From: Octopus sinensis
Lineage: Eukaryota
NCBI RefSeq assembly: GCF_006345805.1
Contig: NC_042998.1
Coordinates: forward strand, 128,650,001 to 128,714,000
Length of the DNA: 64,000 nt
Direction: 5' to 3'
Position 1 is the stretch's first letter; every line of letters begins with the position of its first letter. This document shows positions 14,499-26,640 of the stretch, piece after piece. A program made the position numbers and the translations under genes. Under the pieces are notes generated by a model. It was not told the DNA's origin. It ran no database searches and saw only the letters and a program-made list of their open reading frames with translations.

Positions 14499-15069
14499 TG
14501 TTGACATATAAAGGAAGCCTCGGTGAGGCAGTGGGGAAGATGGCTGGTCGTATGTGTGTGTGGATGGATGATAGATAGAGAGAGATAGAGAGAGAGAGAG
14601 GTCATAGAATGTCATGAACGATTATGAGGCCTAGCAGTTAAGTTCGAGGCTAAATATTTTCGAGTTCAAATCTTGCTGAGATCAGCCTCTTTGCACTTTA
14701 ATTATTTCAGATTTTCACGTATCACTAAGCTGTGGAGATAAATGAAACCAATACTAGTAGGTATGAAAATACACATTTTTCCACACTTCATGCTCGTTTA
14801 GAAGGAATAAGCGAAATGACAATTAAACTAGCCTGACACGTTAAGTCGAGCAGTAAGCATTTATGATATAACCACAATAGTTGCTGTAGTTAAACTTTCC
14901 GCCTCCCTTCCACCGGATGCACACCCACACAAAACCAAAAGAATTTATGAACTGAATAGCGGGTTATGGAAACGGGGCGTATAAACTAAAATAGAATTTT
15001 TAAAATTTAGCAATTGTAGACAAAGGAAAAAAATGAAACATTAAAATTTTTGGATAGTTGAGAAATATA

Positions 15070-15103
<34 letters not shown>

Positions 15104-15689
15104 GTGTGTGTGGGTAAGAGAGAAAGAAAGAGAGAAGACAGACAGACAGAGCGGCACAGTGAGCATACGGATGGGTAACTGACTTTAAATGTTCCAGTTT
15201 CGTTATAAATAATCTGCACCCAAATGAAAGATTTTAGAAAATCCAGAAAGGTATATAAGAAGATGTATTAGAATAAGAAGCCTGGGAAGGTATGAAAGAA
15301 AGTGCGTGTTGTTGCAGTGTTGTTAGGGCGTGGTCACACTGATTAAACTTAAGATGGTGATGGCACGCTCCAGATGCACTTATATCACTAAGGCACCTGC
15401 AAGAAAAAAAGAGCATAACTATGCCGAAAAAAGATATCAATCAACAGCTACCCTCCACAATTCTCTTAGTCTCTCCATAAATTTTAAGGTCCTTATATAC
15501 TCACAGTAGCTCACACGCACATACACACATTTGTAAATAATCTCAGAAATGATTATACATACAACTGAGATTTATATGACCGCGAAGGAAAAAAAAATGA
15601 CAGTAAGAGAGCTGGATGGAAAATGTTTAATAACGCTTAATTCCTCAATGGAATTGTCAGGCGTTCTAGCAGACTATGGTGACACCTAC

Positions 15690-15745
15690 CTCGTTCCATT
15701 CAGGGGTTTCCGTATCTTTAATCTCCTTGGTTTTCTTTTCACTCC
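15690..15745 (-). CDS. Ferlin-family gene, second coding exon (C2A: GSEKKTKEIKDTETPEWNE)
   Basis: ttgcag|GG AGT GAA AAG AAA ACC AAG...GAA TGG AAC GAG|gtaggt. The 56-nt exon runs phase 1 to phase 0 and splices in frame to exon 1, giving the C2 motif KKTK.I..T..P.WNE. Intron positions match my recollection of vertebrate DYSF/MYOF (FAG|VKKRTK...PVWNE|). Exon 3 was not found in the window. Confidence 0.85.
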
Positions 15746-17012
15746 CTGCAATGGAATCAATGTTGGTTAATTGGATTATAATCAAATTTCATGGTTATTT
15801 TACTATATTTTTCTTTAAACAATATCTTCTGCACCCCCCCCCAAAAAAAAACAGGAGTTTTAAGTTACGGAAAACACATATGCAGAAACAAAATAAAATT
15901 AGACTGTTTGTATTGTTAGGGTCCCCGAGTTGCTGTGCAAGCTGAACAGTGAGAGACTAGTGATTGAAATTACAACTTTTATTGAAAGAACTTTATTAGA
16001 ATGCTTATGTCTACTGACCGGCAAAATTTACTTAAGGACCATGCTGTCCCATTAACAAAACAGTCGAGTTCATTTGGTCAAGTACAAAACAAAATCATTG
16101 GGAAAAAATCAACTGTCTCTCGTAGAATAGCAATATTTATTTTATCTATCGCAAGTAGATAGTAAACCCTGGTGAGCTTCGAACTTGGAGCGTCAACTTT
16201 AAGTCAATTAACTACATACGCTACCCTTTGACATCTCATAATTCATATTATGTTGAATTAAACTAATATATGTGGAAGAATTAAGAGGAGGGCTTGTTTC
16301 AGTCTCACGGTTTTTTCCCCGATATATATTATGCAATCCTATCCTGCTAAAGTAGACTTTCATGCGGACTGTAACCATAATCTAGACGAAAGTAAAGAAT
16401 ACGTACACCCGGTGTTTAGGGTTAGGATCTTTGTTACGCCAAAAACGGGTGGTGTAGGTATCTATTTTTTACCTCCGCCCATAATCTATGTGTAACAGAT
16501 TCTTTAAAAGTTTCGAAGGATAATTCTAATAAATTTACAATCTTTATTTTAAAAATATATCGCATTAGTAAACATATAATACACATCAGAAAGAATGGTT
16601 CAACAGAATCGCAGAAAACTAGAAAGTTTTATATAAATGAAAGTTATATATAGCAATGTCTACGGAAGTTTTTAAATATATATATATGTATATATAATAT
16701 GCACACAAGTATGAATGGGACAAAGATTTATTTATAAGTTTATCGAGTATAGAATTAGTTAAGTCATGATATAGGGAAACTGTCTGACCAAATATTTCTA
16801 CAATAAAACAAAGTAATAACTTATAACACATTTTTATTTAGGAATGCCCAGAGAAATGTCAATTTTTTTTTTCTGTAGTTCACTAACATTAACAGGAGCA
16901 ACAATATATCCAACAAAATGCACATGTGTGTGTGCATATATGTATCTGCATGTCTGTGCATATAGGTGTATGTATGCGTATATATGTGTATAATAAGCAC
17001 GTTTTTTAATAC

Positions 17013-17109
17013 CTTGGAATTTCACGTAACACATAGGGTCCAACTTGAAGAAAGTTTCCACACTGGGAAGTTTATCTGCGCTGATTACAGTCACTTTTAG
17101 TGTCGTCAT
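17013..17109 (-). CDS. Ferlin-family (myoferlin/dysferlin-like) gene, first coding exon, start of C2A domain
   Basis: ATG at 17109 reads MTTLKVTVISADKLPSVETFFKLDPMCYVKFQ+G (97 nt, phase 1), followed by a GT donor (CAAG|gtatt). Resembles the ferlin C2A start (L.V.v..A..lp.......DP...V.F.G). Plausible upstream acceptor tttgatag| at 17158-17159. Confidence 0.85.
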
Positions 17110-17314
17110 CGTGAAGGTCTTTCTCGGTAGAATCAAATGCCTTGTGTATTTATATATCTATCAAAATATCTTTCCACACAAACTATACACTTATATACAT
17201 ACATCTATACACAACAAGCACGAGTGTATGTTTGTATATATTTATATGTAGATAGATGTTTATCTTCTCGTTTCAACAATCGATGTCAAGACACATGCGA
17301 TACTCCATCCTTAC

Positions 17315-17355
17315 ACCTCCAACCGAGTCAACCCAATAACTCGAAGTCCGAACGC
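17315..17355 (-). other. Candidate 5' UTR exon of the ferlin-like gene
   Basis: Long T-rich tract + tttgtag| acceptor, 41 nt of unique GC-richer sequence, |gtaagg donor, ~160 nt upstream of the ATG exon. Confidence 0.5.
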
Positions 17356-17892
17356 CTACAAACAGAATATAAATATAAAATAAAAATAAAAGAGACAACA
17401 AAAAAAATCCTTATGGCTTTTGCTCTTTTATATTATTTTTGTTTTGTCGTGGTTGGTTAGTTTTTTTTCTTGCTATTCATGTGTGCGTATGTGTGCGTGA
17501 CAGATTATATATATATATATATATAATAAATATATATATATATGATTTGATAAAGAGTGTTACGGGAGAAAAACCTCGCAATAGGTCTCGTAATCTGTCA
17601 GTCACTCTGTCTATGTATAAATGTAGTTGGTTGTGGTGTTCCCCCACTCACACTCCGTCGCTCTCTCTTTCTCACTCTCTCTATTTGTTTAACTCAGGGA
17701 GGGTGTGTGCGTATATATATATATATATCTATCTATATAGACAGATATATATATATATATATGCTTGCGCGAATACAGACGTGTGTGTGTTTGTGTAAAG
17801 GCGTGTTTGGAGAGAGTTTATGTCTATGAATCTATGACTGAAGGAGTACTTGTTTATAGGTTCCTCTCTATCTCTCTCCAACTACGCGTATG

Positions 17893-17928
<36 letters not shown>

Positions 17929-18182
17929 TGTGTCTATCTATCTATCTGTCTATCTACTGAGGTCTTAAGGTATAGGTAGTTGCCCGGAGGCGTCACGAGT
18001 GCGGGGGTCCACTGCTGTTCTATGCATGCTTGCTTTCAATAAATACTATTGAACCAAATACATTTATTTGCCAGGAGGGTGTCATAACGCTACTAAGATG
18101 ACCCTGTACACACACACACACACATATAGATGTGCACATGTCTGTGGTTTTTGGGGGTTTTTTTTCAGTAAGGTATTTATTC

Positions 18183-18299
18183 GGTACTACTTAAATACAG
18201 AGGTCCCAACGCATCTACGTAACCCTAACTGCTAACGCGTGTGCACTGTACAAACATCTTTACGTAGATGCACTGGGACCTCTGTATTTAAGTAGTGCC
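18183..18299. mobile_element. Foldback MITE with ~40-bp TIRs and 8-bp TSD (GG..CC ends, Merlin-like)
   Basis: ggtactacttaaatacagaggtcccaacgcatctacgtaa / ttacgtagatgcactgggacctctgtatttaagtagtgcc. ATTTATTC duplicated at 18175-18182 and 18300-18307. Confidence 0.85.
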
Positions 18300-18439
18300 A
18301 TTTATTCATATTGATTGCTATCTGCATAAGTATTGCTGGAAGTGTGAAATGAATGGGTGAAAGAACCTGTAATATAAAAAGTTGCAATTTTATAGAATAT
18401 TACACAGTTAACAGAAGAGAGAGTGGGAAAGAATGGTAG

Positions 18440-18512
18440 CAAATCTAGGCTAAGGAGCCGCCTGTCTGCGAGGCAAGCACACCACACGTTTTATGGTGGC
18501 GGTATTCTACCG
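18440..18512 (+). other. Candidate first exon of a divergent plus-strand transcript
   Basis: Unique GC/CpG-rich island ending in CCG|gtaaga. Contains ATGGTGGCG at 18493 (MVAVFY.., phase 2). The 5' boundary is approximate. Confidence 0.35.
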
Positions 18513-18559
18513 GTAAGATGGTGATGACTTGCTTACTTTTCTTGGATAGCTGAGAGTGA

Positions 18560-19054
18560 AAGAGAAATAGAGATAAATATATACGTAGAGAGAGAGAGGG
18601 GGGAAGAAAAGTTTAGAAAGGGAAATAGAGAAAGTGTTTGAGGGGGAAAGAGTAGGCGAAATAGTGAGGGAAATGAAGAAGTAAAAGAAGTCGCACTAAA
18701 AGTTAAAGTCGTAGGAGCAGTGGGAGATAGCAAGAAAACAGAGATAGATGGGGAAGGATATGTCGGTGAATAAAAATAGAATATGTGTGAGAGAAAGAGA
18801 GAGCGTTTCTAATATAGGCACAAGGCCTCCTGTTCGTTTTTAGCTAAACTTTTATTACTCTCTTTTTAATATATATATATCCTTTCATCACACACGCGTG
18901 CACACTCATACACATATATTTGGCGAAGAGAGAGAAAGGAGAGAAGAGGGTAATGGAAGGAAAGTCTGGCTGAAAACAGGAAAGATCGGTGTGTTGTGAG
19001 AGACGCAGCGAAATAAGAGGCAAAAAAGAATGAAAAAGGCTGAGAGATAGAGAT

Positions 19055-19085
<31 letters not shown>

Positions 19086-19890
19086 GACAGCAGGCAGAGG
19101 GGGCGGGAAAGTTATGACAGGGAATAGAAAATAAAAGGCAAAAGAGAGAGAAAGATGAGAGAAAATCAGGGGTGTTTGGTTTGCAAATCCAGTGCAAAAG
19201 GGGAAAATAAGGATAGATGAAGGAAAGTGGGAAATATCGGTAGAGGAACAAACCAGACTAAGCAGGATGGGGTACGGAGTAATGAAAGAATGAAGTAATG
19301 AAAGAGAGAAAAGTGCGATTAAATGGGGGAAATAAGGAGAGGAGATTGAATGAGTGAATGAAAAGCGGTGGACGGGCGAGAAATGCGAGAGAATGGAGAA
19401 CAGAGTGGAAAATAGAGCGAGACAAATGAAAACAGAAGAATGTGAATTAAAGAAAGGGGGTAAAAAAAAGAAAGCATCAAAGAAAAGACGTAGGGACGAA
19501 AAAAAAAACGACAGCGGAAAGTTAGTCAGCTGGGGAAAATGTAATGGCTTGAGTGAAAGAGAGATAGGGCAGACATTTGTGGCGAGAGGGGAATAGTTGG
19601 AGAAGGTCGAAGTGAGAAGTGAAAGAAGTGCTAGAGAGAAAAAGTCAAGTCGACAAGAGAACGAAAATATTAAATGGGAGAGAGAATGAAAGCTAAGAGG
19701 GATTTAGCGGCGATAGAAACAAAAAGTAGGAAGAGAAGCTTGGTACGAAGATCACCGAGTAAAGGAAAGAAATTAAAAAAAAAAAAGCTAGGCAGTAGTG
19801 AAAGAGAGAAAGAGATATGTATGAGAGAGATAAATGGTAGACTGAGGAGAATAGAACCAAAGCAAAGGCTAAGGGGGGAAGAACCAAAAA
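18560..19890 (+). repeat. Extended polypurine (GA-rich) low-complexity tract
   Basis: About 1.3 kb dominated by A/G on the plus strand, with (GA)n runs. A shorter similar tract lies at 11860-12125. Confidence 0.8.
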
Positions 19891-22375
19891 TCTTCTTTTT
19901 TTTTCGGATTTTGGCGTTTTGATGTTTTGTCGTCTGCTATTATGACTGAAATAGGCTTGTGACGATCAGTGCCAGCAAATGAACCTCACTGGTCATTTGG
20001 ATTGGTACAAATAACAACCAAGTCTGCCTCAAATTACACTCTTCTATCTTTAAAGACGAAGGGGACATTGGATAATGCGACCCTGGATACTTTCTTCTTT
20101 ATACTTTCAGCATTTTAATTGGTTGTATCAGGCCTAAATATTCTGCTTATTTTATATTCAAACTGGCCAGATCCTGTGTCTTGCATTTAGCTTACTATAT
20201 CATTTTAAAAATAAACAAAATAAACAATCGTACCATCGAAATTTCGGAGCCACGAAGTTATGCATGATTGATTAAAAACAATCTGAATAAGCATAACATT
20301 TGACAGTAATTTGGATGCTAAAGAGTTATACTCTTGTAGTTAAATCCTTTTGATAACAACCCACCCGAGACTGCCTCTGTTCTATAATACAAACTTCTCG
20401 TTTGAAAGTGATTTAAATTTAAACCTTCCATTAAAATTTACTAAAGTTTTCATTTTTGTTTAAATTACGTGAAATAAATGCAAAAATATCGTAACAATTG
20501 AGTTAAACAACAAGTTCTAATTTCGTGAGAAAATTAAAAATATGTTTAGTAAAAACATGGATGTGACTCCATATACATGTAGACTTGTAACCCACACAAT
20601 ATCCCTGTCTATTGACCTTGTACTATCGCATCAATGATTTGTATCATTCACATTTTCTATTCACATCTTTAATAAGAAGTTTTACATAATCTTTCAGCAA
20701 CTTGAAGGTGGGGGAGATAAGCTGCTCAACAGTTCCGGATGATTGTTTAAGAAAGATGAAACTCATTCCAAGTTGCTGAAAGCCCTGTCATTTAACCAGA
20801 GAGACGTAATTTCACAGTGCAATAAAATATGTCTATAAAACATATGAATATCACACCATATGTGTATTTATTCAAATACTATAAGGTTTTTGGCCTGGCG
20901 CTCTACTTTCTGCACTTCAACACCTTCCATTACTATTTCTAGGTATATTTCGGTAAAAGGCACAAAGTCAACAATTTTAGGGAGACAGGCTTAATTGAAG
21001 AAATCAACCTCAATACTTAATCTTTTAAATCTGGTACTTATTCTACTACTCTTTTCTACTGAACCACTAAGTTATAGGGACATAAACAAACCAACGCTGG
21101 TTGTCAAATAGTGAAAGGAAGGACTTAAAACACACACACACACTCACGCTCAATTGATACAGACCTACCCACGCAGTACTTGACTGGTACTTTATTTAGT
21201 TGACCCTCAAAGGTTGAAAAGCAAAGTTGACTTCAGTGGGATTTCAACACAGAATGTAAAGATCTAGAAGAAATACAAAGTTTAGAACTTTGTATTTCTT
21301 CTGCCAATATTACAATAATATTAAGGCGGCAAGCTGGTAGACCTGTTAGCACTCTGGACAAAGTGCTTAGCTGCATTTCATCCACCTTTATGCTCTGAGT
21401 TCAAATTCCACCAGGATCAACTTTGCCTTCCATCCTTTCAGGGTCGATAAAACAAGTACCAGTTGAACCCTGGAGTCGATGTAATCAACTTACTCTCTCC
21501 CCCGAAAACTGGCCTTTTATCAAAATTTGAAATCAATATCACAATAATATTAATTAATAACTTTGGTTCTACCAATCTCACGATAATATTAACGATTTCT
21601 AATATAGACACAAGGCACATGTTTTTATTAGGAAGGAAAATGGCAGTTGATTAAAAATACTTTAGCACTTATTTTATAGACACCATAGAAGAGTGAAAAG
21701 GTAAGTTGACCTTTGTGAAATTTGAACATACAATGGAGACGACTGTAGCTATATACTACAAAACAATTCCTCGTGTGTTTTACTAATTCTATGATCCACA
21801 GATCTAATAATAAGGATTTCTTGGTAAAGTATAAGATCTATGATTGAAGGTGAGGAAGCGGAGTCAAGAGCTTCAATTGGAGTTAGTTATTGATCTACGT
21901 ACGTATAGTAGTGTAGTGAGTAAGAAAATAATATGATTGATTGTTGTCATAGTAGCAAATGCAATACAGTATTGTTTGACTCAGGACTATTGAATGCATA
22001 CTTAAATCTGTATATCTTATATACATGCATGCATACACCTTAGATCTATGACAGAGAAAAGAAGCCATGAACAGTAGCTTAAGTTAGTTGTGTAGCAGTT
22101 TACCTATGGTAGAAGATAAAAGAGAAAGCATCTCTGACAAACTACTGGAAAATCTGCAGACGTTACGTCCAGATCAGGCCTTGGACTAACTGTCAAACAA
22201 TACAAACATATGCATAGGGCACCAAAGAAAGAGAAATACAGGGTACTTTTGTTTTTTCGTTTTTTTTTCCCTCTGTTGGATCTTCTGTGATGCAATGAAT
22301 AAATGATTTTTTTTTTTAATGAATAAAAAAGGGGCTAAAATTTACATTCTTTTCTTGTTGCTATAGTTGTAAGTA

Positions 22376-22535
22376 CCGTATTTTAACGTGTATAAGGAGC
22401 CCTTTTTTGTCAAAAATTAGGTTAAAAAGATATGGGAATTTCTTATACATGGATAGTATTATAATCCCTTACAAAACTTTTTTCAAAATGTTAAGCCCCC
22501 AAATTAGGGTGTTCCTTATACTCGTTAAAATACGA
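22376..22535. mobile_element. Tc1/mariner-pogo type MITE with TA TSD
   Basis: TA|ccgtattttaacgtgtataagg ... ccttatactcgttaaaatacga|TA. Confidence 0.8.
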
Positions 22536-22674
22536 TAAATAATTTGTAATATCATTTAGTGTTAAATAAAAGAATTTAAAATCAGGTTATATCTTAAAAT
22601 AGCTCTAGGATCTAGCTTGGGGAGTGGCCAGCAACAGAAAAAAAAGAGAGAGAAAAAATAAAGAATTAAATTAT

Positions 22675-22890
22675 TTTAGCATTTAAACCAGCCATATCGG
22701 GCTAAAATATTCTACCTGTTTTATGTTCAACCTGGCCAAGTATGGGCCCTCACACCTACTCTACAATGTCATTACGAAAATAAACGATCACATACTCAAA
22801 AACTTGAAGCTACAAGATATATTCATGATTTATTCAAAACATTGCGAGTAAATAAGCATTACGTTTGACAGAATAATCTGAATGTTAAAA
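22675..22890. mobile_element. Non-autonomous DNA element (piggyBac-like ends); second copy at ~20105-20328
   Basis: Two dispersed similar copies ending ..gacag(a)ataatctgaatg(c/t)taaa. Confidence 0.5.
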
Positions 22891-23089
22891 TGTTTTTCTT
22901 ATATTTTTCACATTTTTTAACATTTGTTATGTTTTAATGACTTGTCAACTTTAACACAAAATAACTTCTAAAATACGAAATTTTGTCAAAAACGTTCAGA
23001 GTAAACCATATTCTACGTGAGAAATTTTACCAATATTCGAAGTTTCAAACTGTTTAGTTAAAAAAATTAAGTAAAAAATCTGTGATTGA

Positions 23090-23610
23090 AAATAATAATA
23101 ATGAAATTATTGTATACAATGCTCAGGTGCACCACAATTTGTCAAAAGTGCGTATAAAGCATATGCAGTAATGTACAAAAGTCTGGGAAGTGAACAGTGT
23201 ATGAGTCAGATATATGCTTGCATGTGTATGGAGAGGAGAAAATCAGGTGTAGTGTTGTCAAATCTCTGGAAGCATGGAAGTTTTGAAGGATGCAGTGCTC
23301 CGACAACTAACAACTGATGCCGGCAGTTTGTTCCATGTTTCAGCAACTCTTAGCATGAAAAAATGTTTCCGAAAGTCATGGGAGCTGTGCTGTTTTCTGA
23401 CTTTGTAAACATGTCCATGGATGTTAGACAGGTGGAGTTTGAAAAGGGGCTCAGAGTTATTGTTAGTAAGATGGTTAATAATTTTATGGGTGTCTGCCAA
23501 GTCAGCTGCCAGACATTGGAGTTTCAATGTATCCATGCCCAGGGAAGTGAGGCATTCAGAATATGGCAAATGCCTGATGGAGGGTATTCTCTTGGTTTGC
23601 ACGTCACTGA
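23090..23610 (-). mobile_element. 5'-truncated CR1-clade LINE (RT C-terminus + 3' UTR + (ATT)n tail)
   Basis: TKRIPSIRHLPYSECLTSLGMDTLKLQCLAADL..THKII...HGHVYKV...RKHFFMLRVAETWNKLPASVV is the canonical CR1 ORF2 C-terminus. Confidence 0.85.
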
Positions 23611-26149
23611 ACAGTTTGGAACAAATCCCCCAAAATTAATTTTAAAATCTGTGATTGAGATGGAATAGATCCCAAAAAGACAAAAGTCAATAATATTAAT
23701 GCCGTTCCCATGGAAACAAGTAATGACAGGAAAAGCTGACATTGAATTGGCTAAAATTTTAGACTTTTAAAGCTTGTAACCACCCTCTCAGGATATACAT
23801 TGAGATTACTAGTTAGATAACCAGGTTTTCCAATAACAACTGGTATAAATTTAAAGCCATGATGACAGTTAGATAAGGGCCACCTCATCTCCTAAGCACA
23901 GCGAACAATGTCCTCTCAACTCTTCCTTTCTCAGTGTTTCTCCAAGTGGATTCTGGAGATCCCTTGAGTTCCATGAAAAATTTCTGGAGTTCTACAAGAC
24001 AAGGTGTCTTTAAATAAAATTTAATAATCTATTTTAAGCATTCACCATTTTCAAAATAGAAAGGTACCATTTTTTTTTTTTGTTGGCTTTCTTTGTGTGA
24101 AAAAATTCCTTCTCTGAAAGTTTTCATTTCATTCGATGTCATATTCAAATTCTGGTGGTAGGGGTTTATTTTAAAATGTAGATACAAGTGCAGATATGGT
24201 TGTGTCATAAGTAGCTTGCTTCCCAACCATGCTGTCTTGGAATCAGTCCCACTGTGCAGCACTTTGGACAAGTGTTTTTAGCTATAGCCCCAGGCTGGCC
24301 AAAGCCTTGTGAGAAGATTCAGTAAGATGGAAAATGAAAAAATCCTGTCATATCTATGTATTCATGTATGTATGAGGAACACTCTGTCGGTAACAATGAT
24401 GAGGGTCCCAGCTGATACGATCAACGGAACAGCTTGGTCATGAAATTAATGTGCAAGTGGCTGAGCACTCCACAGACATGTGTGCCCTTAACATAGTTCT
24501 CAGAGAGATTCAGTGTGACAAGACTGACCCTTTGAAATACAGGTACTACTCATTTTTGTCATCTGAGTGGACTGGAGCAATGTAAAATAAAGTGTCTTGC
24601 TCAATGACACAATGAGGGAATTGAATTCACGACCTTATGATTGTGAGCTGAATGCCCTAACCACTAAGCCACACACCTTCCGTGGAGTACTCAGCCACTT
24701 GCACGTTAATTTCATGAGCAATCTGTTCCATTGATCGTATCAGCTCAGACCCTTGCCGTCGTAACTGATGAAGTGCTCCTCTCTATGTATGTATGCATGC
24801 ATATATGTATGTATGTATGTATGTATGTATATGTGTGTGTATATATATGTATGTGTATGTATGTATATGTTTTTATGTGTGTATGTATGTGTGTGTGTAT
24901 GTATATATGTATGTATACTTTTATATGTGTGTACACCTTGAGCAAATGTCTTCAACTATAGCCCCAGCCGACTAATGCCTTGTGAGTGAATTTGATTAAT
25001 GGAAACTGTGTGGAATCCAGTCATATATATGTGTGTGTGTCTGTGTGTGTGCATGCATGTGTGTGCATGCATGCGTGTGTGTGTGTGTGTGATTTGGGTA
25101 ATTGGGTGGTGGGTGGATGTGCATGCGGGTGTGTGTGTGTGCATGTGTGAGTGTATTTTAAGCCCTTCCTTTGACAACTTGACAACCAGTGTTGGTTTGT
25201 TTATATCCCTGTAACTTAGTGATTCAGCTGAAGAGAGTAACAGAGTAAGTATCTGACTTAAAAAATTAAATACTGAGGTTGATTTCTTCAAATAAGGTAG
25301 GGCTCCAGTATGGCCACAGTCAATGACTGAAACCTCTTAAAGATAAAAGAAATAAACAAGCAGATTGTGACAAAAGTTACACATGTCTGGATCTATTCCA
25401 TCTGTGATTGAGATGGAATAGATCTGACTTTTGTCATAACCACAACAATAACCACCTGCCATCTGTTTCCTTTTTCCTGCCAAATTCTTTGAAGAACCAG
25501 TTTGAATTGTCAAAATCAGTGAAGCTTTTCCGTAAAATCAGCATAACACATTAACATTCAAATAAATCAATAACTTTATTCACATTGTTGATATCAATAT
25601 ATTATTTCTTTTATACAAATTTAAAATCTAAATTTAAACATCGTCTGGCCTTTATAAACATTTTCTAATCTTTATAAAAAGTTTTGTCTTCCTAAATTTT
25701 CCTAGAAATTTATCTCTGTATAAAATTTAACCCCCGAAAAATATATTTTGCTCTTGTTAAAACCTAAAGATTTTCCACTCCAGCTTAAGTCAAAAGATTT
25801 TCTACTCCTAAAAATTCTATGCATTTCCTAAAAACTTCTGTGCCTCTTTAAACAATTTTTACCCATCCTGAAAATTCTGCATTTCTGTAAATAGAACAAC
25901 TTCATTGCTAATAAAAATTATTTAGTTTATTCTGTCACTTGTTTCAGTTACTGACTGTGACCATGTTGGAGCACCAACTTGAAGGGTTTTTTTAGTTAAA
26001 CAAATCAACCCCAGAACTTATTTTTTTAATAAGCCTAGTACTTATTCTTTCAGTCTCTTTTACTAAACCTCTAAACACACCAACACCAGTTGTTTAGTGG
26101 TAATGGGGAGGGGGGATAAACACAGACACAAAGACACACTGCATATATA

Positions 26150-26195
26150 TACACATACATACATACATATATACATACATACATACATATGTACA

Positions 26196-26231
<36 letters not shown>

Positions 26232-26422
26232 CATATGTACATACGTACATACGTACATACATACATACATACATACATACATACATACATACATACATAC
26301 ATACATACATACATACATACATACATACATACATACATACATACATACATACATACATACATACATACATACATACATACATACATACATACATACATAC
26401 ACACACACACATACATACATAC
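26150..26422 (+). repeat. (TACA)n microsatellite
   Basis: Long near-perfect tetranucleotide array; the source of the MYVC/YIHT ORFs. Confidence 0.95.
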
Positions 26423-26424
26423 AT

Positions 26425-26640
26425 TGAATAAGAAAACAAAGAAAATGGAGAAATTGACATGCAGACATCAGTTTATTCAAAAATAATCAAGTCCATATAA
26501 TGAAATTACTGTCCTACAGCCATTTCCACATCCAATTAGTTCTATTACAGAAATTAAATTAAATTAATTTAATTTAAATTTTCATAGTGAAACTGGTTAA
26601 TTGGGTATTTCATCAGAGAAGAGTTTTCCAAAAGGGAATT
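26425..26640 (-). mobile_element. Penelope-like/retrozyme-type unit with degenerate hammerhead motif
   Basis: Minus strand CTGATGA (26610-26616), stem ccaatta/taattgg, GAAA (26523-26526), TGGCT, GTA. Shares aagaaaatggagaaa with the 27375 unit. Confidence 0.5.

Larger units (their letters stand above)
14500..20000. promoter_or_regulatory. CpG-retaining, TE-poor zone around the ferlin 5' end; probable (possibly bidirectional) promoter region
   Basis: By eye, CG dinucleotides are common here, while flanking TEs show CG>TG/CA decay. Contains the ferlin 5' exons (minus) and a plus-strand donor CCG|gtaaga at 18512/18513. Not quantified. Confidence 0.45.

Noticed and set aside
19354-19922. Lys/Arg/Glu-rich ORFs
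   Set aside because: By-product of the polypurine tract; no domain features.
24731-26486. Long ORFs of MYVC/YIHT/CVCV type (also 32384-32890, 47847-48148, 57677-57927)
   Set aside because: Translations of (TACA)n, (CA)n and (TA)n microsatellites.
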